A stretch of 62,495 nt of DNA, filler included, from Kipferlia bialata (lineage: Eukaryota), in assembly GCA_003568945.1 (NCBI GenBank). It is 5 parts of 5 records of this genome, joined end to end, with 100 filler letters (N's around TTAATTAATTAA, not from the genome) between each part and the next. Parts side by side here need not be neighbours in the genome. Positions count along the whole stretch, not along the records: positions 1 to 17,577 come from BDIP01000524.1; positions 17,678 to 35,226 come from BDIP01000525.1; 3 more parts are not named here. One strand, given 5' to 3'. A program made the position numbers and the translations under genes. The number at the start of each line of letters is the position of its first letter. Within the stretch, counting starts at the first letter, position 1. Below the pieces are notes generated by a model, which saw only the letters and a program-made list of their open reading frames with translations, was not told where the DNA came from and ran no database searches. Shown here piece after piece: positions 15,185-28,723 of this stretch.

Positions 15185-15664
15185 TATATACACTTCTGTA
15201 CCTATCCCCGATGCCTTGTTGACACGTGCCACCAGCCTGTCAAGGGTACACTATATATATACATATATATAGGTAATATAGGCATGTATGTATATGTATA
15301 TACATGTATATATACACTTCTGTACCTATCCCCGATGCCTTGTTGACACGGTCCACCAGCCTGTCAAGAATACACTATATATATATATACTTAGGAAATA
15401 TAGGCATGTGTATATATATAATTATGTGTAAATCTACATATGTACCTATCCCCGATGCCTTGTTGACACGGTCCACCAGCCTGTCAAGGGTCTTGGAGAT
15501 GGAGGGGGAGGACTTATCAACCTGGGTGGGGAGAGAGAGAGAGAGATAGAGGGATATGGAGGGAGAGAGAGAGAGAGAGAGAGATGGAGGGGGAGGAGTT
15601 CGCAACCTGGTGTGTGTGTGTGTGTGTGTGAGGGGGGGAGGGGAGGACCTATCAACTGGGGGGT

Positions 15665-15706
<42 letters not shown>

Positions 15707-16215
15707 GGGGAGGAGTTCGCAACCTGGGGGGAGTGTGTGTGTGTGTGTGTGAGGGGGAGGGATCCCCTATCAAATGGGGGGTAGTGTGTGTGTGTGAGAG
15801 AAAGAGATAGACGGAGGGAGCAGTTTGACCTCTCAACCTGGGAGAGAGAGAGAGAGACATGAACACAGGGATGATATCACTATCATTACTACATGGACCA
15901 TTATATATATATAGTATAGTAGTATAGATAAATATGCCATACTCAGGATACCTCTCTCTGCCATGGTATAGGATGGACATTACTAATATATACATATATA
16001 TATATATAGTATATAGTAATACAGATACCTCTTCCTTTATATCCTTGACTCCAGATGCCATGGTATAGGATGGACACTACTATTATATTCATATATATAT
16101 ATAGTATAGGGTATACACTACCTCTTCCTTTAGATCCTTAACGCCAGATGCCATGGTATAGGATGGGTTCCTAAGTATGGACATGGTCAGAGGGTCAAAG
16201 GACCTTAAGTTAAGG

Positions 16216-16254
<39 letters not shown>

Positions 16255-17128
16255 CCTAAGTATGGACATGGTCAGAGGGTCAAAGCAAGGCCTGATTCAG
16301 TATCATAGTAAGATATATACATATGTGTGTATATATACTGAGGGCCTGGTACTATCAGCACAGAGAGGAACTGATATATATTGATACACCTGTGACAATG
16401 ATATATATACTTACCTGGTACTATCAGCCACAGTGACATCCTCTGCACTCTCTGGCTGGGGGGTCTCTGGCTGGGTGTGAGTAGGGAACATATATAGAGA
16501 GAGAATGGCAGAGAGGTAGAGAGAGGACGAGAGAGAGAGAGAGAGAGAAGGGGAGAGAGAGAGAAGGGGAGAGAGAGAGACCTAACAGATCAAACATAAC
16601 ATATTGGATGGGGGATTGAACCAGTGTACATGAGGGAGAGGGAGACAGAAAATGAAACCAATGCAGACATTGTATGGACGTCGTATAAAAGAACTCCTGG
16701 ACTATCATGCATGTGTCAATGCCCACATATATATATACCATATGCCTTAAGAGTCATAAGTCAAGACCCACCTTGACTCTGATGCACGTGTATGATAGAG
16801 AGAGTGGGGAGAGAGAGAGAGAGGGGAGAGAGAGTGACAGAGTGAGAGACACACCTTGACCCTGATGCACGTGTCTGTGTCACACTCCTCCCTGCACACA
16901 GGGCAGACACGCTCATCCTTGCCATCCAGCCATTCACCGAGACACTCTGTGTGGAACACATGCTGGCAGGGGGTGAAGAGGAAGGGGAGGGGGCGGTCTG
17001 GAGATGAGTGTATCAGTAAATTTCGGCACTCACTTAATAGACGGGGTAAATGCCTCCTTATACAAATAATATATTCCAACTGACACGTATGACCCACCTT
17101 CACCGCATATCTGACACTTCAGAGGCAT
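5295..17128 (-). CDS. RING-H2 finger plus armadillo/HEAT-like repeat protein (putative E3 ubiquitin ligase), many short exons
   Basis: Exons 1-2 give MPLKCQICGE|DRPLPFLFTPCQHVFHTECLGEWLDGKDERVCPVCREEC (C3H2C3). Later exons are ARM-like helices (EEVVTAIVQAGAIPLLLAVLDGHADNAE; DLVLVGLGALALLCE; KSMVDSGVLGLLDAVTAAHTDSEAIQAEASKIRQVIEGK*). The span could contain two genes. Confidence 0.7.
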
Positions 17129-17524
17129 CAATGGGCCCCTACTATATTATGTGTGTACCTAAACAGGATCGGTGTGGATACGTCACAAACGTGCATACAA
17201 AGGGTGTAGCTGAATACATAAAAACACAAAAGGGTGCATTGAGAAAATCTTCGTCAAACTTGCACTCTCTCACGACTCCACCCGTCGCCTCCGTTCCCTG
17301 ATCGATTGAAGCCTGACATTGGCTGTATAGGGATTAACAACATGTCTGGAGATGGGAGCCAGGACAACCTAGGTAGGGACCTGTGGTCGGGTGAGAGTTG
17401 ATAACCGGGAGGGAAATGCTGTGTCCGTCATGTGCTGAGTGGACGTTTGTCTGATGCACCACATATGTGTGTATGGGGTGGCCTGATTACAAACTTTTTC
17501 ACATGTGTGTTGTGTCTGGATAGA

Positions 17525-17577
<53 letters not shown>

Positions 17578-17621
17578 NNNNNNNNNNNNNNNNNNNNNNN
17601 NNNNNNNNNNNNNNNNNNNNN

Positions 17622-17633
17622 TTAATTAATTAA
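17622..17633. other. Artificial contig-joining spacer (stops in all six frames) within Ns
   Basis: TTAATTAATTAA flanked by N runs; the identical spacer recurs at 35271, 52918 and 59590. Confidence 0.95.
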
Positions 17634-17778
17634 NNNNNNNNNNNNNNNNNNNNNNNNNNNNNNNNNNNNNNNNNNNNATATATATATAGTATATATATAG
17701 TATATATATAGTATATATATAGTATATATATATAGTATATATATAGTATATAATAGTATATATATAGTATATATATAG

Positions 17779-20700
17779 TAGTCAAGGTGGGCAGTGGGAC
17801 TAAGGTAGGGGTATCTCTCTCTCTCTCTCTCTCTGCACTCATATATCCAGGTTGTCAAGATCCGTCTGTGTCTAGCTTTCTCTCTTGATATGTTCTTCCT
17901 TGTGCATCTATAGTCATTGCGCTAATTCCCACGTTGCCACCCACATTTTTTCTTTCCTTTCTCTCTCTACATGTATATAATCCACACAAAATATATATTA
18001 TTCCCAGGTTGCGACCCTCACCCCTCCCATGCCCACTCCACTGCCAGTGGACAGGCTGCTGCACCAGAGAGGGGCATTACTCACTATCTGTAGGTATGTA
18101 TATATATACACAGAGTATATAGTATATATTTATGTGTATAGTATATAGTATATGTGTGTGTATAGTATATAGTATATAGTTGATAGGGTGCTGCATCACA
18201 GAGGGGGCCTAATGACCATATGCAGGTATTAATATATATAGTATATATGTATATATTGTATATAGTGGATAGTGGATAGAGTGCTGCATCACAGAGGGGC
18301 GCTACTCACCATCTGTAGGTATGTATATATATACATAGAGTATATAGTATATGTATATAGTATATTGTTGATAGTTGATAGGGTGCTGCATCACAGAGGG
18401 GCATTACTCACTATCTGTAGGTATGTATATATATACATAGAGTATATAGTGTATAGTATATAGTTGATAGAGTGCTGCATCACAGAGGGGCATTACTCAC
18501 TATCTGTAGGTATGTATAAATGTGTATATATCAGAAACAGGTGTAGGACGTTTCGCGTGCTCTCTCTTACTCTCACCCAACCCAGCGATGCCCCAGACGG
18601 CCTCTCTCTCTCTCATCTCTCTCTCTCTCTCTCTCTCTTTGCCTAACCCAGTGACGCCCCAGACGGTCTCTGTCTTTACTCCCTAGACACCCAGGGCTTA
18701 ATCGAGATCAGGCCACTCCTTACTCGGTTCGGCCTTCCACAAGTATCCAGGGAGTCAAGAAGCGTCAAGGGGTCAAGAAGCGTCCAGGCTAAGGATGATG
18801 TTGACATTGATATGACTGGGGATGGTGTGCCTGTAGACGAGACAGAGGGCTCTCTGTTCATGTCTACTCTTCACGGAGAGGTGGTTATATACCACATCCA
18901 AGGTACACATCAGCTATTAACAAGTATTGTAATACCCCACGATGGTCTTTTCCTCTTATCTCTCTTCGGCCAGTAGTACTCTGTATTCATTACTATATAT
19001 TGTGTCTCTATACATTGGTGTCCAGGCACCCCCAGGTGTCACTCTGTACATGTGTATGTGTTCATATGTATATATATATATATATATACATATATATAGT
19101 CATTTGTACTCACCTCCAGGTGTCACTTTGTACAGAGTGTGTCCCTGGCTCTGTGGGGCCACAAACAGAGGTTAGGATATATATATACATATACACATAT
19201 ATAGAGTGTATATACTAATATGTGTATTATTGCATTTGAGCATGAATGTCTGGATACACAAACAGAGGTATGTATATATACATGTGTGTCAGTACGGGTG
19301 GGCATGTTCTTCGCGCTGGCTCCGTGTCCCAAACAGAGGTAATTATAACAACATGTATGACAGTACGACCAGTCAAATGGGACAATGTCATATAGTTATA
19401 ATTGTCACTCTTGGCTTGGTTCTGTTTCTCTCTCTATCTTGCCTCTCTCTGTCCTCACTCTCCAGTCATGTGGGACAGGGTCCTATCATTCGATTATACA
19501 TTAGAATATCGCTCATTTATGCTTGGTGTTGTGTTTTACTTCCTTAGTCCCTCACTTCAGTCATGTGGGACAGGGTCCTCTCCTTTGATGACCTTCACAG
19601 TATAGTATTCCCTCATGTATACTTGGAGTACTATTATGATAGCTCTCCAGTCGTGTTGTATATATGTATTATCATCTCTTTCTCATTCTCCAGTCATTTG
19701 GGACAGGGTCCTCTCCTTTGGTGACCTTCACAGAGTCAGTGATGAGCCAAGGACCCTCAAGGAGTTCCCAGGTATAATTATATATGTATATATATATATA
19801 CTACATACACTATTGAACCCTCAAGGAGTGAATTTTTGTCTCTCTTCAATGGCCCTCAAGGAGTTCCCAGGTATTATTATATATAAATATATGTAAATAT
19901 GTAATAGTATCTAAATACTATATACACTAATGAGTGATGACCCAAGGGCCCTCAAGGAGTTCCCAGGTGATATGTAAAATATATGTATGTATATATATAT
20001 ACTATATACACTATTGAGCGCTCAAGGAGTTCCCAGGTAATATGGTGTATTTGATTGGTCATCACACCAGTATATTTGCCTATACTCACTTCAGGTGTCC
20101 CTGTCAATGTGTTCACCTGGTATATACACTGTATTTTGATCTATGACTTGTGATTATACTGATCTTCTTGTGATTATACTCACTCTCCAGGTGTCCCTGT
20201 CAATGTGTTCAGTGCTCTGGTAGCTGCACAGGTATGCGTTAGTTACATAGAGTGTGTAGGTAGTTTCTACACTATAGATTGTTTGTGGATGCACAGGTAT
20301 GCACACTATATACATTGTATGTAACCATATATTTTATATAAGTTCCAGTGTAATATATATTCTGTATAATAGTATGTATTGTATGGATAGTTTGTTCGGT
20401 GCCTGGTGGATGCACAGTTGTGTACAACTGTATGTGTATAGTGTGTGGACATTGTGTATGTATATATAGTGTGTAGTGTGAGAGTGTTTGTAGTGAGTAG
20501 TATTGTAGTAAGACTGGTTGTGTGTATACTTACCGTCTAATGGTCTTAATTCCAGGACCTGGCCACCTAATTATATTACGTGTAGCATATATTTAGTCAT
20601 TAATTCCAGGACCTGGTCGATGACCTAAAGGCCACCGAGGACAGATCCACAGAGCCAGGTATACATACATATATGTATTGTTGACTCATATGTAATATTG

Positions 20701-23700
20701 TATTGTACTATATATGTATATGTACTGTATACACTATCAAGACCAAGGAGGACAGATCCACAGAGAGAGGTCTCAGTATATGTCTCTCGTATCATATTAT
20801 ATATATTAATTGTGGTATATATGTACTACATATGAGTACTCTATATATACTGGGAACCCAGAATTGATTTCTGCCCATTACTCAGAATACTATTACTCAT
20901 TCCTCAGATGCTGAGTCTGCCTGTGTTGTCCTATATCCTTAATACCTATCTATATATATTTTATGTCTGAATGTCTTGTATTGCCTCCTGATTGTATACT
21001 ATACCAGCTATACATATACTTTGTAAATACTGGATCCCAGAATTGATGTCTGTCTATTGAATACTCTTGATTGATTCCTCATTCCTCAGATGCTGACTCT
21101 GCCGGTGCTGTCCTGTCCTACAGACTGGCCCTGCTGTCACACTGCATACAGGGACTGTGATATGTATATATATAGTTTATCATATAATATATATATTATT
21201 TAATATATATGTGTATGTAAATTATTTTACTATATATAATGTGTATATATGTATATATAAGTGGCCCTGCTGTCACACTGCATACAGGGGCTGTGGTACG
21301 GATAGCGTCCTCCTACCTACCTCACAACCACGTATAGTATATATGTGGTGTATATATGTGGGCGTGGAGGAGTTATATGCAGGACCTGCCCCAATTCAGG
21401 AAAGACGGTGTGTGGTCTCTCTGTCACTACTCTACCCTCCCCTCCCTCACCCCTAGTACTGCTGCCAGGGGTGGTAGTATAACTATTGTTGAAATGCATA
21501 TATAGTGTATTTCTTCCTCCCCTCCCTCACCCCTAGTGCTGCTGCCAGGGGTGATGCACAGTGGAATTCGGATCTGCAGAGGTATATTAGTAAGATTGGT
21601 ATTCTATGTGACTGGTATAGTAGTATAATATCTCCATGCCGGTACTACGTTGTTGTATATATAGTCATAGATGCAGTATATCTAGCATAGTTTATTGTGC
21701 CCAGCGGGACTGGGAGCTCCAAGGGTATGATACAGTGCATTTTTCACCGGATGGTTTCAGTCACAAGTCATCAAATATCTCAGGTCTTTCTAGTGTCACC
21801 TCACCCCCAGGAGTGTTGTGTCTCTGTCCAGATGGGTGGATATGTCTTAGTTCTATATCGTGTAATTAATATATATATATCTATCCATGTACTCNNATGT
21901 CTTAGTTCTATATCGTGTAATTAATATATATATATCTATCCATGTACTCCTAGCTCATTCTCAGGAGTGTTGTGTCTCTGTCCAGATGGGTGGTGGGCAC
22001 ATCCGTGGTCAACTCGGTGAGTGCATCATGTCTCGCTCTCCTCTACGTCCCAATTGCCAATATTCTTCACTCTTCAATTACCCTGCCATCACCACCTCAC
22101 AGTCTCTCTCTCTCTCCGCCTAACCCCAGACCTCACTTATTAGCACTGCAGAGGACCATTTCTCACTGACCAATCTCTCTCTCTCACTCACTTTCTCTCT
22201 CTCTTATCTCAGACTGCCCTGGTTAGCACTGCAAATCTCTCTCTCTCTCCGTCTCTCCCCCCTCTAGCTTCCTCATATCAGACTGCCCTGGTTAGCACTG
22301 CAGAGGACCTTGTCTCACTGGCCAACATCCTGCACAAGCACAGCCAGGGAGTGCTGGCCACACAGATGCTGAGGTATTGATATTGTATATAGTAGTGTAT
22401 GCATATATATACTATTTGGAAGATGTTAACCGTGAAATATATTCTAATGTATATATCAAATATATACAACCACAGTCAGGGAGTGCTGGCCACACAGATG
22501 CTGAGGTATATATATAATTGTATTAATAAAATATATTAATAATGTATAAAAGTGTATAATAGATATATTATTATACCACACAGATGCTGAGGTCAGTAGT
22601 GCGAATGGTACTAGTACATATGAATGGAACACAGTAGGAATAGTATAGTAATTAATTCTATGTACATCAGAGAGTGCTGGCCACACAGATGCTCAGGTGA
22701 TATGCTCTGTTATGGCCGTTGTTTAGCTGTTCACTCATTAATTGCAACTATGTCTCTCTCTCTCTCTCCCTCTCTCTCTCTCTCTCTAACCCAGGTCTGT
22801 CTCTGCATGCCCTGTGTACCTGTCCCTGTCAGACCAGAGGGCACGGGATGCATTCACACAGGCCATAGGGTGTGTAGTAGTATATACAGTGAACATATTG
22901 TGTGTATCACACTCATATATGCATGGTTCTATTCATCAAGATATGACAGCTCCATACTGTCAACAGGTGTTCTTCCTTCATTTTCTCTATCACCAAGTAT
23001 TGTGTCAGTCATTGAGAGCATCCCTATATCCGCTGACGCAGGACCTTTACGGCGCAGGACAGTGGAACAAGTCAGACTGATAGGGGGAGGGAGAGAGAGA
23101 GAGAGAGGAAGCCTCAGCCGGGAGAGTCAAGGTATCCACAAGTTAATGTTCAGCAAATCCATTCTTGTACGTTTTCATTCTCTATCTATGAAACCAGCTG
23201 GCACTTGGCTTCTGATACCAGGCGTATATGGGTGTCTGTGAGAGACAGTCCCAGGGAGGACGTTCCACAGTTCCAGGTATAGCCATATATACCATATATA
23301 TACCATATATATACCATATATATACCATATATATCTTGACTTGTTCACAGTCGCGCAATGAAGCCTCCAATGATTCCCAAGGAATTCTGAGTGTTTTCCT
23401 ACTCTTTAGACAATTGCTGTGTTGTAAGACCGGATACAGTGTTTAATATCGTATGCCTCCCCACCCTAGGTCCCTGTCCCGCCCGATATATATTGTATAT
23501 ATATTGATATATATATTGTATATATATATATTGTATAGATATTACCTATTGGACTGACCCCCAGGTCCCTGTCCCGCCCGATGCAGATGCAGAGGGTCTG
23601 CTAGCCAGGGTGTGGGCCATGCGCAATGACCCTGAGGTATATACACCCTGACGACATGTAAATACTGATGGCATTTAAGTGCCAATATTGTATGGAAATT

Positions 23701-25410
23701 TCTCTATTTGACCCCCTCAGGTGTCTCTAGGCCCTGTCTGGACAGAGAGGGCTGTCCTCTCTGGGAGGGTCTTTGGACTGTTCTCCAACATCGTAAACAA
23801 GGTATAAGCAGTATATGTATATATACATGTGTATAAGGTACCGGTAGCTATAGTATATATATATATATATATGCTGACTCCATGGTATCATTCAAGGTAC
23901 AGTTACATTGTATATATGTACTATTGTACGTGTTTCTACCCTATTTGGGTATTCTGTCCTCTGTTCATTGGTTATCCATTTCAGTATCGCGTATTTTTGG
24001 AAATTCGGTCTTGGTTTCGGGCTACGCTCTAAGTTACATTTATAGGTCTGCTAATAAGTTCTATCCTATGATTAGTTCTATTCATTGGTCAGTTATTGGT
24101 TGGTTCTATCCTAATATTGCAGGTTAACCCTACGCAACAGCTCTCAGCCGTAAACACCAGACAGGGATACAGGCCGGGTATGTCGCGTTACCCCACTAAT
24201 CTACGCCTACCTACACCGACAACTCCATCAACGTATATATAGAACGAGTATGTTCTTTACTCTTACATATAGATAGAACGAGTTGGGTATGTTCCTCACT
24301 GGCTGTTTACGTCTAGTACAACTCTATAGTGTTCTTACTTCTTTTAGGAACCCGCACCTGTCCCTTTGTTGTCGTTCCTTACTCCCCCAAGACCATTAGA
24401 TACTCGGTACACGTGGGTACAGAGGTGTGTGCATTGTATACTCTCATGCATATGTGTATATAGGTGTGTGAATGTACTCTCCGCAATGTATACGAGTATT
24501 ACTATCCACAGGACTATGTGTATAAGTCATAATAGCCTCAATGAACGTAGCTACTGATGACTCATTTTCATGGATATGTTTATTACTACCACACTGACAT
24601 CAGCTCATGGGTCATGTCCGTCTGTCGGTCCTGCCCAGTACCCTCTTGGGTGACACTCTTGAGACACTGGTGCAGAAGAGGATGGAGGATATCAGGTATA
24701 TATATACTATACTATATATATATATATATATATATATACCCTGTTGGGTGACACCCTAGACACACTGGTCAAGGANNNNNNNNNNNNNNNNNNNNNNNNN
24801 NNNNGACACCCTAGACACACTGGTCAAGGAGAGGATGGGGGACATTAGGTATATATATATATATAATATACTATATATATACATATATATATATATACCC
24901 TCCTGGGTGACACACTAGACACACTGGTCAAGGAGAGGATGGGGTCATCAGGTATATATACACTAGATACTCTACATATACATATTGTATACATATATGG
25001 TGTACCATTGGTACTATATTCTTATGAATGTAGATGTCTTAGCGTACTGTTGTCGAATGTCATTGGTTGTTTAAGCGCTTACCCCTTAGAATGATCTCCA
25101 AGTACCCAAACCTGCCTGAACATGTTGTGAGGAGTGCCAGTCTCTACGAGCAGGCAGAGCTCAAGGGTGGCCTCACACCAATCACGAAGTGAGTGTCTCT
25201 CTCTCTCTCTCTCTCTCCGTATCTTATTCTATACGACGGCTACACACCAATCATGAAGTGAGTGTCTCTCTCTCTCCCTCTCTCTCTCTCTCTCCGTATC
25301 TTAATCTCTCTATATGCTCTCTGTGTCCCTTTTCTTTTTGCTGTCCGTATATATATTCAGCTCTGGGTTTTCTATTCTTGACTTCCTTTCTTCCTATCAG
25401 TATGAAGTGA
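17779..25410 (+). CDS. Large hypothetical protein, about 20 exons, 5'-truncated
   Basis: Consistent + strand GT-AG exons with open frames, e.g. DTQGLIEIRPLLTRFGLPQ...; TALVSTAEDLVSLANILHKHSQGVLATQMLR; MISKYPNLPEHVVRSASLYEQAELKGGLTPITK; ending MK*. No domain recognised. Confidence 0.6.
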
Positions 25411-25418
25411 GTGAGCTG

Positions 25419-25543
25419 CATTTGTCTATTGGCCTTCAATAACCTTCAGGCAAATCACCATTTGTCTATTGCCCTTCAATAACCTTCAGCCAAATCACCA
25501 TTTATCTATTGTCCTTCAATAACATTCAGGCAAATCACCATTT
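25419..25543. repeat. 40-bp tandem repeat, 3 copies, just after the stop codon
   Basis: CATTTGTCTATTGGCCTTCAATAACCTTCAGGCAAATCAC repeated three times with a few substitutions. Confidence 0.9.
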
Positions 25544-26106
25544 GGGATTGTATGGCGCCTGATCAAGTTGGGTTTAGTGGCGGGGAAGGCGCTCGTAAGG
25601 ACTTGGTCCTGAGACTGGATGTCACGGGAATAGAGCGCTAAGTGGATCTATTGTATATATAATGTGTATATATAATGTGTATATACGGAATGCGTGTTTG
25701 ATGAGTTGTGTCCCAACTTGTGATTGAGCGTACCACCTCAGCCTTAGCACTAAAGATGTCTGAATCACCAACACCCTGTTGGGCGTTCATGACCTTGACC
25801 TCCATCACTCGTCGGGTTGCAATGATGTGGAAGTCGGTGCGACCGTCGCACTGCGACGCCTCTATTCTGGTTTGTAGGCATGTACACGCGCGTCCGACTC
25901 TCATGTTCTTGAACTCCCTCTGTGACAGAGTCGGTCTCGTAAATCTCCTCTACTTCTCCTTGGCTTCTTTGGAAGTGAATAAAGAACTTCAAGGGGGGGA
26001 GGGGGGGGCGGGACAGATGCAGATACTGAAACGTCAATAGTCTGTGACAGACTATTAGTCTGTCACCTTCCCCACTAGAGAGTAGCTCCTCTATGGTCTC
26101 TCTCAC

Positions 26107-26558
26107 AGGCCAGCGGAGTGGACAAGGTACAGGTCAAAGAACGAGGCACCCAGTCTACATGTCAGATACTATGCCAGTGTAGTGTGAGTGGGTAGGGGAG
26201 TAGTTACCTCTTGAGACTACCCTCACATGCAAAGAGAGTACCCTCATACCTCATCTCAGCCACCCACACCTTTGGTCTCAGATCAAGACACACTACTAGG
26301 TACTAGTCAGATGAGAGTACAGTGGAGTGTACCCCACCTTTTCTGTGAAGAACACCCTCTCTCTCTCTCCACCCCGCTGTTAACCAGAGCCTGCCCAATC
26401 AGGGCCTCGTTCCCGTAGTAGGAGGCTGTGGGACACAGCATGTGTCTATCTTCCGGTACTCAGCGGTAAGGGCGGCCTCAATAGGTGCCAGAGTGTCTAA
26501 CTTGCAGAAACCGTACCCCAGTAGGGGCATCAAGGCACCAGTGGATAGTGTCACAGTG
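26107..26558 (-). pseudogene. Aldo/keto reductase pseudogene (N-terminal part)
   Basis: TVTLSTGALMPLLGYG...AALTAEYRKIDT / ASYYGNEALIGQALVNSGVERE / VFFTEK|VWVAEM / LGASFFDLYLVH..WP match AKR motifs. They are separated by frameshifts and an intron remnant lacking its GT donor. Confidence 0.75.
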
Positions 26559-26920
26559 CTGTGAAGGGTGAGGTGTGTTGTATCCCTTGGTACACTGTGT
26601 AAAGAGAACCCTCCCTTAGTATATGAGTCTCATATAATATGAGAGATGAGCCGTAGACCGAAGACCCGCCACAACAGATTCAACAGTAACCCATATGCTA
26701 AGAAGTGCCAGAGATACACCGAACACACGTATTGACAATTTCTACCATCCTGAGATTCTATTACTCCAGGGAGTTGACTAGGAGAGTATACCACGATCCG
26801 AACAGTAATCAAGCTACCGCAAGGAAAGACACCACACACCCTTCGTACCACCCCCTCTAACCATGTGATCACCCCTGTATGATGCACACATGGGTAAACA
26901 TCACCCTAATCCGTTACGTT

Positions 26921-28414
26921 CTAATGGCGACTTCTCTTGGAGGCGTAGTTGCCCTTCCCCTTCTTCTTGCCCTTCTTCTTTCCCCTGCTGGCCTTGCGAG
27001 TGGACTTGGGCTCCACCGCCACCTCCCCCTTGCAGCCAGAGACAGTATACGCCATGACAGCGGCGAGCTGCTCTGCCTCCCTGTCTCTGGGGTACATGGC
27101 TGTGAACACACCCTGGCTGATGGGTGTATCAAACACCGTGGACCACTGGGGGTTGGGCCCAGTCATGCTGCTGTACAGCTGGGGTGAGAAATCAGACTCT
27201 ACTATATATATACCAACCACGACTACGTCTCACTGGTATACATACATGAACAGACATCATACCTCGTGTGCCTCTGCGGCGTACACCCTCTCTGTAGGGT
27301 CCTCGCTCTCACAGTGGGTCTCGTGGATGGAGACTAGACCCTGATGTGAGCATGGCATGTACTACACGGGGCTACCAACTGTATAGCAGAACACGCACCT
27401 GAATGACACCGTTCCAACGCTTGTAGACGGCGGCCACTCGGTCTATGTCGTTGTGGATCTGGGAGAGAGGACTCTTGGGCATGTGCCACATGACATACAT
27501 GCTGTACTGGTCCCCTGTGGGGGGCACACCGGGGTAGACGGGCTTAAGGGAGGGAGTGGCAAGGAGAGTCTTGATCAGTGCGTGAAGGGCTGAGGTCAGA
27601 TCCATTAGACATCACCAATGAATGGGGGGGGGAGGAGAGAGAGGGGGGGAGACACACTGATTTCACTTTCCCAAACCTGGTGAGTATACATCCCTTGTAT
27701 CCTTTGTGGCCTTGCATTGGCGGATGAACACGTCCTCGAAGAGAGCCTGTGGGGTAAGAGGGGGGGTGGGCGTGGGGACGGGGACCCAAATATGATTTCC
27801 ACTAGCACCACACTACAACTCACTGTTCAACCTGCAAAGGCAGAGACTACCTGTACACACCTTCTCATGCAGCCACACAAGAGCAGCAAGCGAGTTCTTG
27901 TGCTCAGTCCTCAGCGTCTTCATGACAAGGGGCATGGTATCACGACATGCATTCTGGAGAGGCACACCTGTGTGGGAGAGAGAATATGGACTACAATAGG
28001 ACACTCACACATACCCACTCCTACCTGGGAGAGTGTATGCGATGCAAGAGGGGCGCTTGCACAGGTCTCCAATGAGCACGTCCAGTGACTGAAAGGGTGA
28101 GTGCTGGATGTAGAGAACATCCTTGAGAAGAGCAGCAACCCACCCCAATGTGAAGGAGTAACCTATATATCACACCTCGTCTGCCTTCTCTCTCTCTGGC
28201 AGAGTGAACACCGATGGGTCCAGCTTGGTGGCCCACTGGCGCAGCTGGAGCTCCGTAGCGGCTCCGATGTAGCTGTGGGTGAGAGAGATTGATGGGAGAG
28301 CGAAGAGAGAGGGGATAATTGACAGCAACCCAGGGCCTGCAATGTAACCCACAGAGTGTGAATGTCAACGTACTGAAGGATATCATCAATCTGCTGCTGC
28401 TGATGCGTGTCCAT
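26921..28414 (-). CDS. Hypothetical multi-exon protein with a basic Lys-rich C-terminus
   Basis: Start MDTHQQQQIDDILQ; internal exons such as DLTSALHALIKTLLATPSLKPVYP...; last exon ends ...SRGKKKGKKKGKGNYASKRSRH*. Confidence 0.6.
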
Positions 28415-28723
28415 CCTAGTGCAAACTACGAAAGACTGAAAAGAAAGAGCCGCTCAGTGAACGAATAGATACGACATACACATTTGTCTGTTCCTCCCTG
28501 CACCCTTTCTAGGTTACAATCTACTCGAACTCATTCTCACAACTCTTTTATCCATTGTAGCCTGACGTATTGTAACACTTCGTGTAGATCCATGAACCAC
28601 CCCCCACAGGAATCACTACCCTTCACAACGAGGGTACGCTGTGGGCAGTGGTACACTACAAACCACTCCGATTGCAATACGGCCGCTATTGGAGGTACTA
28701 CACTCGCCATCTCTATGGGTCTC

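Noticed and set aside
9200..16100. Numerous short Y/I/C/V/H/T-rich ORFs
   Set aside because: They are translations of (TA)n, (CA)n and (GA)n intronic microsatellites.
17622..17633. Recurrent palindromic TTAATTAATTAA as a biological motif or piggyBac TTAA site
   Set aside because: Always embedded in N runs; it is a scaffold-concatenation spacer, so gene neighbourhoods across it mean nothing.
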